32,000 nucleotides of DNA from NCBI GenBank assembly GCA_965247685.1, contig OZ252021.1:750001-782000 (forward strand). The letters run 5' to 3'. Positions 16,860 through 24,793 of the stretch are shown one piece after another; position 1 is the stretch's first letter; each line of letters starts with the position of its first letter. Under the pieces are notes generated by a model. That model was given only the letters and a program-made list of their open reading frames with translations, was not told where the DNA came from and made no database searches. The position numbers and the translations under genes are program-made. The stretch is from Bdellovibrionales bacterium (GTDB taxonomy: Bacteria > Bdellovibrionota > Bdellovibrionia > Bdellovibrionales > UBA1609).

Positions 16860-16917
16860 TTATTATGAATAAAAAGCTCAAAAATGTCAAAAAAAAGAGT
16901 GTAAAAATTACATTTCA

Positions 16918-19311
16918 TTAAAAACCGTGACTTCTTTTTTCATTTTGTAAAAGGTCTCGAACTCCAGGAAACTCTCGATCAATAATTTTAATTGAAAAAC
17001 CTGTTCTTCCTCCCACAATACAATGAGAAAAATGTAGAATATGTCTGTTGATCTGTTTTCTATCCCATCTAAGATAAGGAACGCCATTCCTACGCTTGAC
17101 TACTAAGGAAGCTGTTTTAAGCTCTGTATCTCTTAAATGGCAACATTGAAAGGGAACATCATTACCTTTGCAGTCTTTTGCTCGATTACCCATCACATTT
17201 GGAGCAGGTGGATATATATCATCGAGTGTCGGCCCTTGAGGGTCCATACTGGAAACCCATGAAGTAAGAAGGTGATCAATATTAAAAAGCTTAAAATAAA
17301 CCTCCTCTAAAATTGCTTTCGGGTGAAAATATTCCTTCTGAATAACATTCACCCAGTTTATTTGCTTTTCAGTATAGTTCAGATAAAAAGGAATTTTATA
17401 ACTTCCTGTTTCAAGGAACCCTTGAGGCTTTAGAGGAGGTGGAGGAGCCCGAAGATGTTGTATGTATTCTGGACCCAGATCATCTGCAAAAAGGGGAGAA
17501 GGAGAATTCCTAATTTTGTTTAAAAACTCCTCATCTGCATAATGACCAATATCTGCTGGAACATAGTTAAATATATAATCACCTCGATTATTTTTACTTT
17601 CCATAAGACGAATATAGGCACTCACCATATAGTTAGGCAAAATCGCATAATGGTTCAAATCATACTCATCTGGAGCTATCGCTATCTCCTCTAAAACACG
17701 AGCAGGCAAAGTAAAGATTTTATCTTTCTTCAGTACATAATTATTAGAAGAACCATCCTCGTAAGGTAAGACCATAGCAGAGGTAGAATTATTGTTATTA
17801 ACATCATGGAGCCCATGGAGCTGTTGATAGTTTTGTAAACTTAAGCCTGCATCTTTTGCTCCTCCATTTACATTGACTATTTTTCGAATCAGCTTATTAA
17901 AATAATACTGTCTTTGACCATCTAGTAAACCATAGTTATCGTCATCTCTCTCAAAACTAAGCGAATAAACAGGGTATCTAGATGTTGGTGGTATAGTAGG
18001 TAATAGTGCATTTTTATATGGACCAAATGATGATCCAAAAGGCTTAGAGTAAGCTTCTGCTACCAAGGAAATAGGCTCCCTAAAAGGAAAAAATATCGCA
18101 CTCTTGTAATTAATATGTAAAAAGATTTGGATGTAAAAAAAATTCTGTGTATTTTGCTTTTTCATAAAACCAACCACTACTGGTTCATTCTTGATTGTCT
18201 TTAAGCCATCACATATATTGCTATTACTATTATCAGTATGCCTTTGAATCAGATTGCAACTTGTACCTGAACTACAAGTCTGAGCTTCACAAATTTCAAA
18301 AATAGTTTTGATCTCTCTTTCACAAGCACTTTGGGAATTGTTTCTCCCTCTATCTTGAACATAGAACAAATCGAGATCAGGGGGGTTAATTGTTATCCAT
18401 TCAAAATATTCATCAAAATTTCCCTCATTAGAGGTCTTTGTATAAATTATTCCATTTCTACTCCTATAACTCTCATACACAGGATAAGTGAAATTCTTAG
18501 TAATTGTATTCTTCACTCCCACATCAATATAAGCCCCTCCAAGCTCTCTTTTTTTGCTAATAATTTCATTAAAATATTTTTTGATAAATTCCTTTCTTTT
18601 TTTCTGCTCTTCGTAAAAACTTAAATATGTTGTAGAAGCTACCATCCAGTTCACGTAACCTGAATACCTACAGGAATCTCTTATACTACTTATCCTGTTG
18701 CTGACTTCTGCATTCGCAAAACGAGCTCCGTAAGTACTACCACCAGCTAGTGGAGGAAGATCGTATGGCTGATCAACCCTCTGGCAAACATTGTCAGTAC
18801 CGTTTTTGCCTGGAATATCAAAATAAGGATGCCATACACAAAATGCGAAAGGGCAACCACCACCTCCACCTACTCGACGACTGTGACCTTGATGACAGTC
18901 TGTTATGGGTGAAGGATCGAATGCTCCCGTAGAACATCCGCTAAGAGTGTTTGGGCACACAGTTTTATTCTTAGAAGGAACGGATCTTGGTCGAGCTATA
19001 CCAATCAGATCCATGTTTGCAGTAGCGCCCCCTGGATTTTGGTAAGCTCCTATATTTCCTAAAACATTGTATCGATATGAAAAAAGCTTGTAGTTTTGTC
19101 TTAACTGATAATTCAAATGAGACAAAACACTGAGAGTCTCAGCTTGCCTTTGAGCCGCATACATTGCACCAATATCTACAGAATTTTGAACATTGATCTT
19201 ATGATGAACCATAAGACCAACTCCCATCACCATTCCAAAAATGGTCAGAGAACCTAGAATAAATAATATACCAAAAATAGAGAGAAGACCTTTTGAGCGA
19301 ACCATTTTCAT
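16918..19311 (-). CDS. large Cys-rich membrane-anchored protein with TadG-like N-terminus
   Basis: 797 aa. The N-terminus KGLLSIFGILFILGSLTIFGMVMGVGLMVHHKINVQNSVDIGAMYAAQRQA fits the TadE/G-like 'Tad' N-terminal pattern: a hydrophobic helix, then D-x-G...LQNA-DAAALA-like sequence. The remainder has many Cys clusters and no family I recognise. Convergent with the tad operon. Confidence 0.55.
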   Translation of the reverse strand: MKMVRSKGLLSIFGILFILGSLTIFGMVMGVGLMVHHKINVQNSVDIGAMYAAQRQAETLSVLSHLNYQLRQNYKLFSYRYNVLGNIGAYQNPGGATANMDLIGIARPRSVPSKNKTVCPNTLSGCSTGAFDPSPITDCHQGHSRRVGGGGGCPFAFCVWHPYFDIPGKNGTDNVCQRVDQPYDLPPLAGGSTYGARFANAEVSNRISSIRDSCRYSGYVNWMVASTTYLSFYEEQKKRKEFIKKYFNEIISKKRELGGAYIDVGVKNTITKNFTYPVYESYRSRNGIIYTKTSNEGNFDEYFEWITINPPDLDLFYVQDRGRNNSQSACEREIKTIFEICEAQTCSSGTSCNLIQRHTDNSNSNICDGLKTIKNEPVVVGFMKKQNTQNFFYIQIFLHINYKSAIFFPFREPISLVAEAYSKPFGSSFGPYKNALLPTIPPTSRYPVYSLSFERDDDNYGLLDGQRQYYFNKLIRKIVNVNGGAKDAGLSLQNYQQLHGLHDVNNNNSTSAMVLPYEDGSSNNYVLKKDKIFTLPARVLEEIAIAPDEYDLNHYAILPNYMVSAYIRLMESKNNRGDYIFNYVPADIGHYADEEFLNKIRNSPSPLFADDLGPEYIQHLRAPPPPLKPQGFLETGSYKIPFYLNYTEKQINWVNVIQKEYFHPKAILEEVYFKLFNIDHLLTSWVSSMDPQGPTLDDIYPPAPNVMGNRAKDCKGNDVPFQCCHLRDTELKTASLVVKRRNGVPYLRWDRKQINRHILHFSHCIVGGRTGFSIKIIDREFPGVRDLLQNEKRSHGF

Positions 19312-19632
19312 GTTCTACCTCATTTTTGTAAGATGTGTCAGCTCAAGTCGTAACTATTATAGTTTTGTTTTTTCTTTATTTTAGTGTTTTGAAACTCTTA
19401 TCCTCTCCAATTACTTATTTTTTTATTGAGCTAAGATGTCTTATTTTAACCTGTCATCATGGACAAAAATTGTCTTTCAATGAAAAATAAATGTACAAAT
19501 TAGGTCTATTTTGGGAGATATTTTTGCTTGTAAAAATGGTAAGATAAATATCTAAATACTTAATTTTACTGAATAATTAGATATGATGACCTTGTATTTG
19601 CTTCTATAGAAGTGAAACAAGGAGTGTGAATT

Positions 19633-20286
19633 ATGTTTTACCAACTGTACGAACAAACAATGAGGCAGCTGACACAAACTTTGAGTCATAAGTTTGAGAT
19701 TCCTGTGAGTTACTCCAGTGTGTCTCAATTGAGATTTTTGAAAAAAAATAAAAGATGGCAGTTAGAAAAGGAGCAATTTATTATCCCTTTATTTAAAACA
19801 GGGGGCTGTATTCAAATCCAATCTAAAGTAAAAGATCAACAATTAGACGAGATTTATGATCATGTACAATGGACTCTGAGTTCCTTAGAAAAGGTATTTC
19901 AAGAGCACGGTGTAAGTTTATTTGATCAAAATAATTTTCCCGTCTTCATTCCTAATTCTTCTATTCAAGACTCCGTCCAAATCGCTTTGAGTTTATATGA
20001 AAACTCTTCAGCACAGGCTTTCATTCACTTGAATGCAAGAGTTTTTGATCCTTCTCTCTTGGCTGAGGATATGCACAATACTTTGATTTTGATTTCGAAT
20101 ATAGAAGAATTATCTGATCAGAATCAGAAATTTTTGTCTGAATATTTGACAAAAAATGATCAAGGACCTTTATTGGTAATTTCCTCAACTCTACCTTGTG
20201 AGTTATTTCAGAAAAAGATTCAGTCGTCTTTAATGCAATGTCTCAATTGTATGGAGAAAGGTGACTTGTCGATAAATATTATTTAA
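19633..20286 (+). CDS. hypothetical protein; C-terminal half resembles a vestigial sigma-54-activator AAA+ core
   Basis: 217 aa. PVFIPNSSIQDSVQIALSLYENSSAQAFIHLNA and NTLILISNIEELSDQNQKFLSEYL line up by eye with vLI.GEsGTGKe.vAraiH..S...fi.lNC and GTLFLDEIeeLs..Q.kLL..L. The Walker A and Walker B residues are replaced. GGAG RBS. Confidence 0.45.
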   Translation: MFYQLYEQTMRQLTQTLSHKFEIPVSYSSVSQLRFLKKNKRWQLEKEQFIIPLFKTGGCIQIQSKVKDQQLDEIYDHVQWTLSSLEKVFQEHGVSLFDQNNFPVFIPNSSIQDSVQIALSLYENSSAQAFIHLNARVFDPSLLAEDMHNTLILISNIEELSDQNQKFLSEYLTKNDQGPLLVISSTLPCELFQKKIQSSLMQCLNCMEKGDLSINII

Positions 20287-20302
20287 TTCTTAATCCACTA
20301 TT

Positions 20303-21220
20303 ATGAAGGATTTTTTAAATCATTGTCTGGGTTCAAACTGGTCAGTTCATCCTTTAAAAGGGGATAGTGGAGAACGTCAGTATTCTCGTATCGTCGTGCC
20401 TCCAAATAAAACTTTTATTTTGATGTCTTATCCTCATGAATTAAAAAAAAGATTCAAGAGTTTTATTTCTATGCAGAATTTGTTGAACCAAAAAGGAGTT
20501 CTTGTTCCAAAAATATTTTTCACAGATGCTCTCAACGGACTCATTCTTATTGAAGATTTGAGTGACTTTAGTTTAGAGCAATTCTATCTTAAACATCGTC
20601 AACTGACCTATCATGAAGTTGCTCTGAATCAGTTAATTTACTTGCAAAATGAAATTAAGAATCATGTTTTTGAAAAAGATTTCACTTTCAATCAAAGTTT
20701 GCACGAGATGATCACCTCCTACCAACAATTCCATTTTTCTTTCTTGGAGTCAGAAAAAGTCAAATTATTTGAAGAATTTCAAGATATTAGTGAGAAGTTA
20801 TCATCGCAAGAACTTGTTCCCAGCCATCGAGATTTTCATTCCAGAAATTTGTATATTCAAAAAGATCAAATCTATATGATCGATTTTCAAGATGCAGGAC
20901 GCTATCCTATTTATTATGATTTAGTGAGCCTTGTTGAAGATGTGTATGTTCATCTTTCAGAGCGTGAAAAGAGCTTACTGATGGAATATTATAGTCGCAA
21001 AAAAGATCAATCTATTGATTCTACGTCTTGGCATAGAACTGTATGCCAGCGCTTATTTAAAGCTACTGGGAGCTTTATGAGTTTTTATAATTTGAGAGAT
21101 CAAAAAACTCATTTGAAATATATTACTCCTGCTTTGAAAACAGTAGAGTCTTCTTTGATCCAGCTCAACAGCTATCCATATTTTTTAAAATATATTCAAA
21201 CACTGCTGAGTCAATTATGA
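20303..21220 (+). CDS. amgK: aminoglycoside-phosphotransferase-fold sugar kinase, AmgK-like (anomeric MurNAc/GlcNAc kinase)
   Basis: PLKGDSGERQYSRI; catalytic loop HRDFHSRNLYI; IDFQDAGRYPIYYDLVSLVED. This matches the COG3178/AmgK signature HRD-HSRNL...IDFQDA...YDL.SL. ATGA overlap with the next gene. Confidence 0.7.
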   Translation: MKDFLNHCLGSNWSVHPLKGDSGERQYSRIVVPPNKTFILMSYPHELKKRFKSFISMQNLLNQKGVLVPKIFFTDALNGLILIEDLSDFSLEQFYLKHRQLTYHEVALNQLIYLQNEIKNHVFEKDFTFNQSLHEMITSYQQFHFSFLESEKVKLFEEFQDISEKLSSQELVPSHRDFHSRNLYIQKDQIYMIDFQDAGRYPIYYDLVSLVEDVYVHLSEREKSLLMEYYSRKKDQSIDSTSWHRTVCQRLFKATGSFMSFYNLRDQKTHLKYITPALKTVESSLIQLNSYPYFLKYIQTLLSQL

Positions 21221-22215
21221 AAGCTTTGTTACTGTGCGCAGGGTATGGTTCTCGCTGGCAGTCTTATAATCAAAAGCATTCTAAAATATGCATCCCGTTT
21301 CTTAATATCCCTATAGTTGGATATCCTTTAAAGATATTAGAAGATATTGGAGTTCGGCATATTGTCATGAATACTCATCATCATGCTCAGCAGGTGCAAA
21401 GTGAGATTCAAAATTTACATATCTCTATTCCAAATCAGTTTTTTTATTACGAAGAACAAATATTAGAAGGTCTTGGAACTTTAATACAAAATCAATCTTC
21501 TTTTAAAGGAGAAGAAAATATAATTTACATGAACGGAGATTCTATTTTTTTATGTGATGAATTTTTTCAATCTATGAAAGAAGAGCATGATCGAAATAAT
21601 GCGTTTATTACTTTTTTAGTATCTCCTTCGTCTGATTCTAAAGTGCAAAGGATATGGGCAGATGGAAACTATCAGATACAAAATGTAGGGATGACTCCTG
21701 AAAAAAGTGAACTGAAAGGATATTTTTTTTCAGGGTTTTGTTTAATTCGATCAGAATGTTTTGATTTATTTAAGAAAACCGATCGTCATCTTTTTAGAGA
21801 TTTTGTTTCTCGTTACTCATCTAGCTGTTATGTTCATGTGAGAAAGGATTTAAAATTTTTTGAAGTAGGAAATTTAAACTCATACCTAAAAGCTACTGAA
21901 AAATGTTTACAGTATTTATTTGATGAACCCTCCTCTAAAGAATGTTCTCTGTTAAAAAAGACTATTTCTCGATTTTGTCCTTCTTTTAATCGGTTAGAAG
22001 GTTCTTATTATTACTCTCAGACTGTATTTCCTGAGAAACCTCAAGAGTATGTGCTTTGTGGATCCCATGTGAAAGGTTTAGAGCATTTAAAAATTAAAAA
22101 CTTTGCTGTTATTGGAAATCATGTCAATATTATAAAACCTTCTACTATAGAAGGTGGAGTTGTGGGCTCTTATTACTCATTAAATCAGTCCATAAATCAG
22201 ACCCTTAGACTCTAA
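21217..22215 (+). CDS. sugar-1-phosphate nucleotidyltransferase, MurU-like, with C-terminal extension
   Basis: N-terminal MKALLLCAGYGSRW (nucleotidyltransferase G-loop) and NGDSIF. The C-terminal ~100 aa include hexapeptide-like VIGNHVNIIKPSTIEGGVVGS. Translationally coupled to the AmgK-like gene. Confidence 0.6.
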   Translation: MKALLLCAGYGSRWQSYNQKHSKICIPFLNIPIVGYPLKILEDIGVRHIVMNTHHHAQQVQSEIQNLHISIPNQFFYYEEQILEGLGTLIQNQSSFKGEENIIYMNGDSIFLCDEFFQSMKEEHDRNNAFITFLVSPSSDSKVQRIWADGNYQIQNVGMTPEKSELKGYFFSGFCLIRSECFDLFKKTDRHLFRDFVSRYSSSCYVHVRKDLKFFEVGNLNSYLKATEKCLQYLFDEPSSKECSLLKKTISRFCPSFNRLEGSYYYSQTVFPEKPQEYVLCGSHVKGLEHLKIKNFAVIGNHVNIIKPSTIEGGVVGSYYSLNQSINQTLRL

Positions 22216-22299
22216 ATAACCGTCATCCATTTTTGTCTATATCTAATTGGTTGGAATGAAGTTGATTTTTGTTCTTATTTCAGATTTAATAGCCACGAG

Positions 22300-22599
22300 A
22301 TGAAACAAAAAGAAAAACTTCGTTCTATATCTGATGTGATTAGTAACGTTCAAATTTCTAATAAAAAAAATGAATCGACTTTTACTTGTATTCAGATTCA
22401 TCAAAATTGGAAAAGGATTATAGGCTCTCGTTGGTCTGAAATTTGTAAGCCCGTTGGATATGTTCATTCTTGTTTAATTGTTCAAGTACCTAGTTCTTGT
22501 CATATACATGAAGTACAATTTCAAAAAGACTTTTTTATTAGAAAAATTAATGAATATGTAGGTTGCAGTTTTGTTGAAGATATTCGTTGTGTGATATAA
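22300..22599 (+). CDS. DUF721 (DciA-like) protein
   Basis: 99 aa. IQIHQNWKRIIGSRWSEICKPVGYVHSCLIVQVPSSCHIHEVQFQKDFFIRKIN fits the DUF721 pattern (W..ivG..la..t.p..l..g.L.v.v.s..w..eL.f....i...in). Confidence 0.55.
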   Translation: MKQKEKLRSISDVISNVQISNKKNESTFTCIQIHQNWKRIIGSRWSEICKPVGYVHSCLIVQVPSSCHIHEVQFQKDFFIRKINEYVGCSFVEDIRCVI

Positions 22600-22621
22600 T
22601 CTCCTTCTTGCATTAGTTTGT

Positions 22622-23632
22622 TTAAACAATAAGGGTGGTGGAGGAAAAAGCCCACAATACGAAGAGTAAAGTTATAGGGCTTATTCTTCTTTGAGAGAAT
22701 AGGTATTCAGAGTATAAATAAATTAAAATAATCCACTGATAGCTTTGTATTAGATATAGGCATACTAAATAAGTAGATAGACATATAACATAAATGCTCC
22801 AATACGGATGAATGTAACTTGAAAAAAGGCTATGAAGTTTTTGCTTTCTGTACTCTGCAAGAAGTTGAACTTCTCTCCATAGCCATACCAGAATGAAACC
22901 GCAAGAAAGAGCAAAAACATCGAATAAAAAATTTGAAATTGAAAACTTAAAAATAGATGCATTACCGAATTTTTGAAGTATTAACACAATAATAGGAGGT
23001 ATGGAGAAGATTAAGATTCGAGATAGCAATATTTTATTTTTTTTAAGAATAAAATTTAGAGTTTGCAGCAAAGATTGTTTTTTCTCTTCGATACTATGAA
23101 TGTCAGGAAATATAAATTTAATTATTTTTCTCGATAGAGAAGAGGTGTTAGCCATAATGCGCTGTCGAGCATGCTTCCATACAGAAATATCGATCAGAGA
23201 ATTTCCAATATAATCAAAATGTTTGTATCCATATTTTTCTAAAAGAAAACGAGTTTTATTTTTTCCAGTGAGACGTGGTCTTTCCAGACATACTCCGTAA
23301 GTTTGAGAAAATAAGTTTAGATGTTGAGCTAATTGTTCTGCATATTTTTGACTGCATCCTGTGACTAGTACAAGATCCCTTCGGGCTGCTATTTCTTTCT
23401 GTAGAAACTTTATAACTTTAAAATTAAAAGGCAAGGAGGGTGTGTGAATAGGAATTCTTTTTTCTATTTGTATTTTAAGACCACATCGGCCTTGAGTTAA
23501 AAACCAATAAATCATTTTTAATAATCTTAAGGGGTTTGGACCTAGATAAATTAAGGAGGCTTCAAAAAAAATATCGCTATTAATCAATGTTCCATCTAAA
23601 TCTACAATAAGGGGAAGTTTTGAAGCAGACAT
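22622..23632 (-). CDS. HAD-IB-type phosphatase domain fused to a C-terminal multi-TM domain
   Basis: HAD motif I LIVDLDGTLINSD, motif II LVTGCS and a later GNSLIDISV. The last ~140 aa form about 4 hydrophobic helices. Confidence 0.6.
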   Translation of the reverse strand: MSASKLPLIVDLDGTLINSDIFFEASLIYLGPNPLRLLKMIYWFLTQGRCGLKIQIEKRIPIHTPSLPFNFKVIKFLQKEIAARRDLVLVTGCSQKYAEQLAQHLNLFSQTYGVCLERPRLTGKNKTRFLLEKYGYKHFDYIGNSLIDISVWKHARQRIMANTSSLSRKIIKFIFPDIHSIEEKKQSLLQTLNFILKKNKILLSRILIFSIPPIIVLILQKFGNASIFKFSISNFLFDVFALSCGFILVWLWREVQLLAEYRKQKLHSLFSSYIHPYWSIYVICLSTYLVCLYLIQSYQWIILIYLYSEYLFSQRRISPITLLFVLWAFSSTTLIV

Positions 23633-23664
23633 GACATACTTATAGCAAATAATTTATGAATGAT

Positions 23665-23708
23665 AAATAAAAAACTATCGTGTCTCCTTTCTAAAGGAGC
23701 ACGATAGT
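23665..23708 (-). terminator. rho-independent terminator of the EBP-like gene
   Basis: ACTATCGTG(T)CTCCTT (23674-23689) pairs with AAGGAGCACGATAGT (23694-23708), with one bulged T and a 4-nt loop. On the transcribed minus strand it is followed by TTTTTATTT (plus-strand AAATAAAAA, 23665-23673). Confidence 0.65.
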
Positions 23709-23732
23709 CTATCGAATCTTAGAATAGAAATT

Positions 23733-24758
23733 TTATAGATTATTCTCTACTTGCATCGAGTAGTCTTGAAAGACTCCATATTCATGTAGACGATTGTAGA
23801 GTGTTTTCACTGTGATACCTAAAGCCTTAGCAGCTCTTTTCTTAGATGGAAAATGATTGAGAGCATTTAATATGTAAATTCTATTAATATCTGCCAAAGT
23901 TAGAGTTGGATCATAGCTCAATTTTATAGCACATTTATCTGTATCTAAAATATGTCGAGGTAAATCTTTAACAGTCACTGTGTCTGTTGTAGCCATGATG
24001 TATATTTTTTCACAAATTTCTTTAAGCTCTTTAGTGTTGTTAGGCCACTCGTAGCATTTTAAAGAATTCATAGCTTGTTCTGTAACAGTCAGTTTTCTTT
24101 TTGATTGACCATTAACGGAGTGAGAAAAAATTCTAAAGAAGTAATGAACTAAGTCAGAAATATCTTCTTTTCTATCTTTAAGTTTAGGGAGCTTAATGCC
24201 AATCACTTTGGTATAATTGTACAAATGCTTATGGAATTCAGTATTAACTCTTTCTTCTTCTGTTTCATCTGTAATATAGATGATTCGAGTGTTGATATAG
24301 ATTGCTTTATCCGAACCTACAGGAGTAATTTTTCCTGTTTTCAGGAATGTTTTGAATCTTTCATAAACAGATAAAGGCATTTTAGTGATATTGTCTAAAA
24401 TAAGAGTGCCGCCATCGGCTTGCTGGAGAGCTCCTTCTTTAGAGGTGTGAATGGAATCACTTGAAAAACCAAACAATTCAGTTTCAAAAACTTTAGGGGA
24501 CAAACTTCCACAATGGAGTGTCACTACAGGGCTTTGTGTTTTATATTTATTATGAATATGGAGTGCGAGTAGTTTTTTTCCTGTTCCTTTTTCACCTGAA
24601 ATTAGAATGGGTAACTTCAACTGTGTCGCTTGATTAGAAGTATTCATGACCTCTTGAATGACAGGCGACCGGTAGATAAACGTTGGTAGTGCTTGATCTT
24701 CAATATACTGACTAGAGACAACTGATTTGAGATTTCCTTCTCGCAGAAATGGTGCCAT
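23733..24758 (-). CDS. sigma-54-activator-family (AAA+ + Fis-type HTH) regulator lacking receiver domain, with degenerate catalytic and sigma-54-contact motifs
   Basis: Walker A ISGEKGTGKK and C-terminal HTH_8 (RAAKALGITVKTLYNRLHEYG) are present. ELFGFSSDSIHTSKEG replaces ELFGhekGAFTGA. Walker B is LILDNI rather than LDEI. FHKHLYNYTKV replaces FReDLyyRLnV. WPNNTKELKE replaces WPGNVRELEN. GGAGG RBS. Confidence 0.8.
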   Translation of the reverse strand: MAPFLREGNLKSVVSSQYIEDQALPTFIYRSPVIQEVMNTSNQATQLKLPILISGEKGTGKKLLALHIHNKYKTQSPVVTLHCGSLSPKVFETELFGFSSDSIHTSKEGALQQADGGTLILDNITKMPLSVYERFKTFLKTGKITPVGSDKAIYINTRIIYITDETEEERVNTEFHKHLYNYTKVIGIKLPKLKDRKEDISDLVHYFFRIFSHSVNGQSKRKLTVTEQAMNSLKCYEWPNNTKELKEICEKIYIMATTDTVTVKDLPRHILDTDKCAIKLSYDPTLTLADINRIYILNALNHFPSKKRAAKALGITVKTLYNRLHEYGVFQDYSMQVENNL

Positions 24759-24793
24759 ATTCTAACCTCCATGTTATTTGGCTTTATGACGCT

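Noticed and set aside
18331-18932. Plus-strand ORFs 18331..18624 and 18750..18932
   Set aside because: They are antisense to the long uninterrupted 797-aa ORF, with no RBS and no motifs.
6773-19311. The Tad locus as a mobile genomic island
   Set aside because: I saw no flanking tRNA, integrase, transposase or terminal direct repeats. The only recombinase (Xer-type, 24.9 kb) is separated from it by housekeeping-like genes. Base composition looks similar to the flanks by eye, though I could not compute it.
22243-22467. 74-aa minus-strand ORF
   Set aside because: It overlaps the DUF721-like gene on the opposite strand. Its translation is low complexity (N/F/I-rich) with no start context.
22765-22962. 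65-aa minus-strand alternate-frame ORF
   Set aside because: It lies inside the TM domain of the HAD-membrane fusion gene, in another frame.
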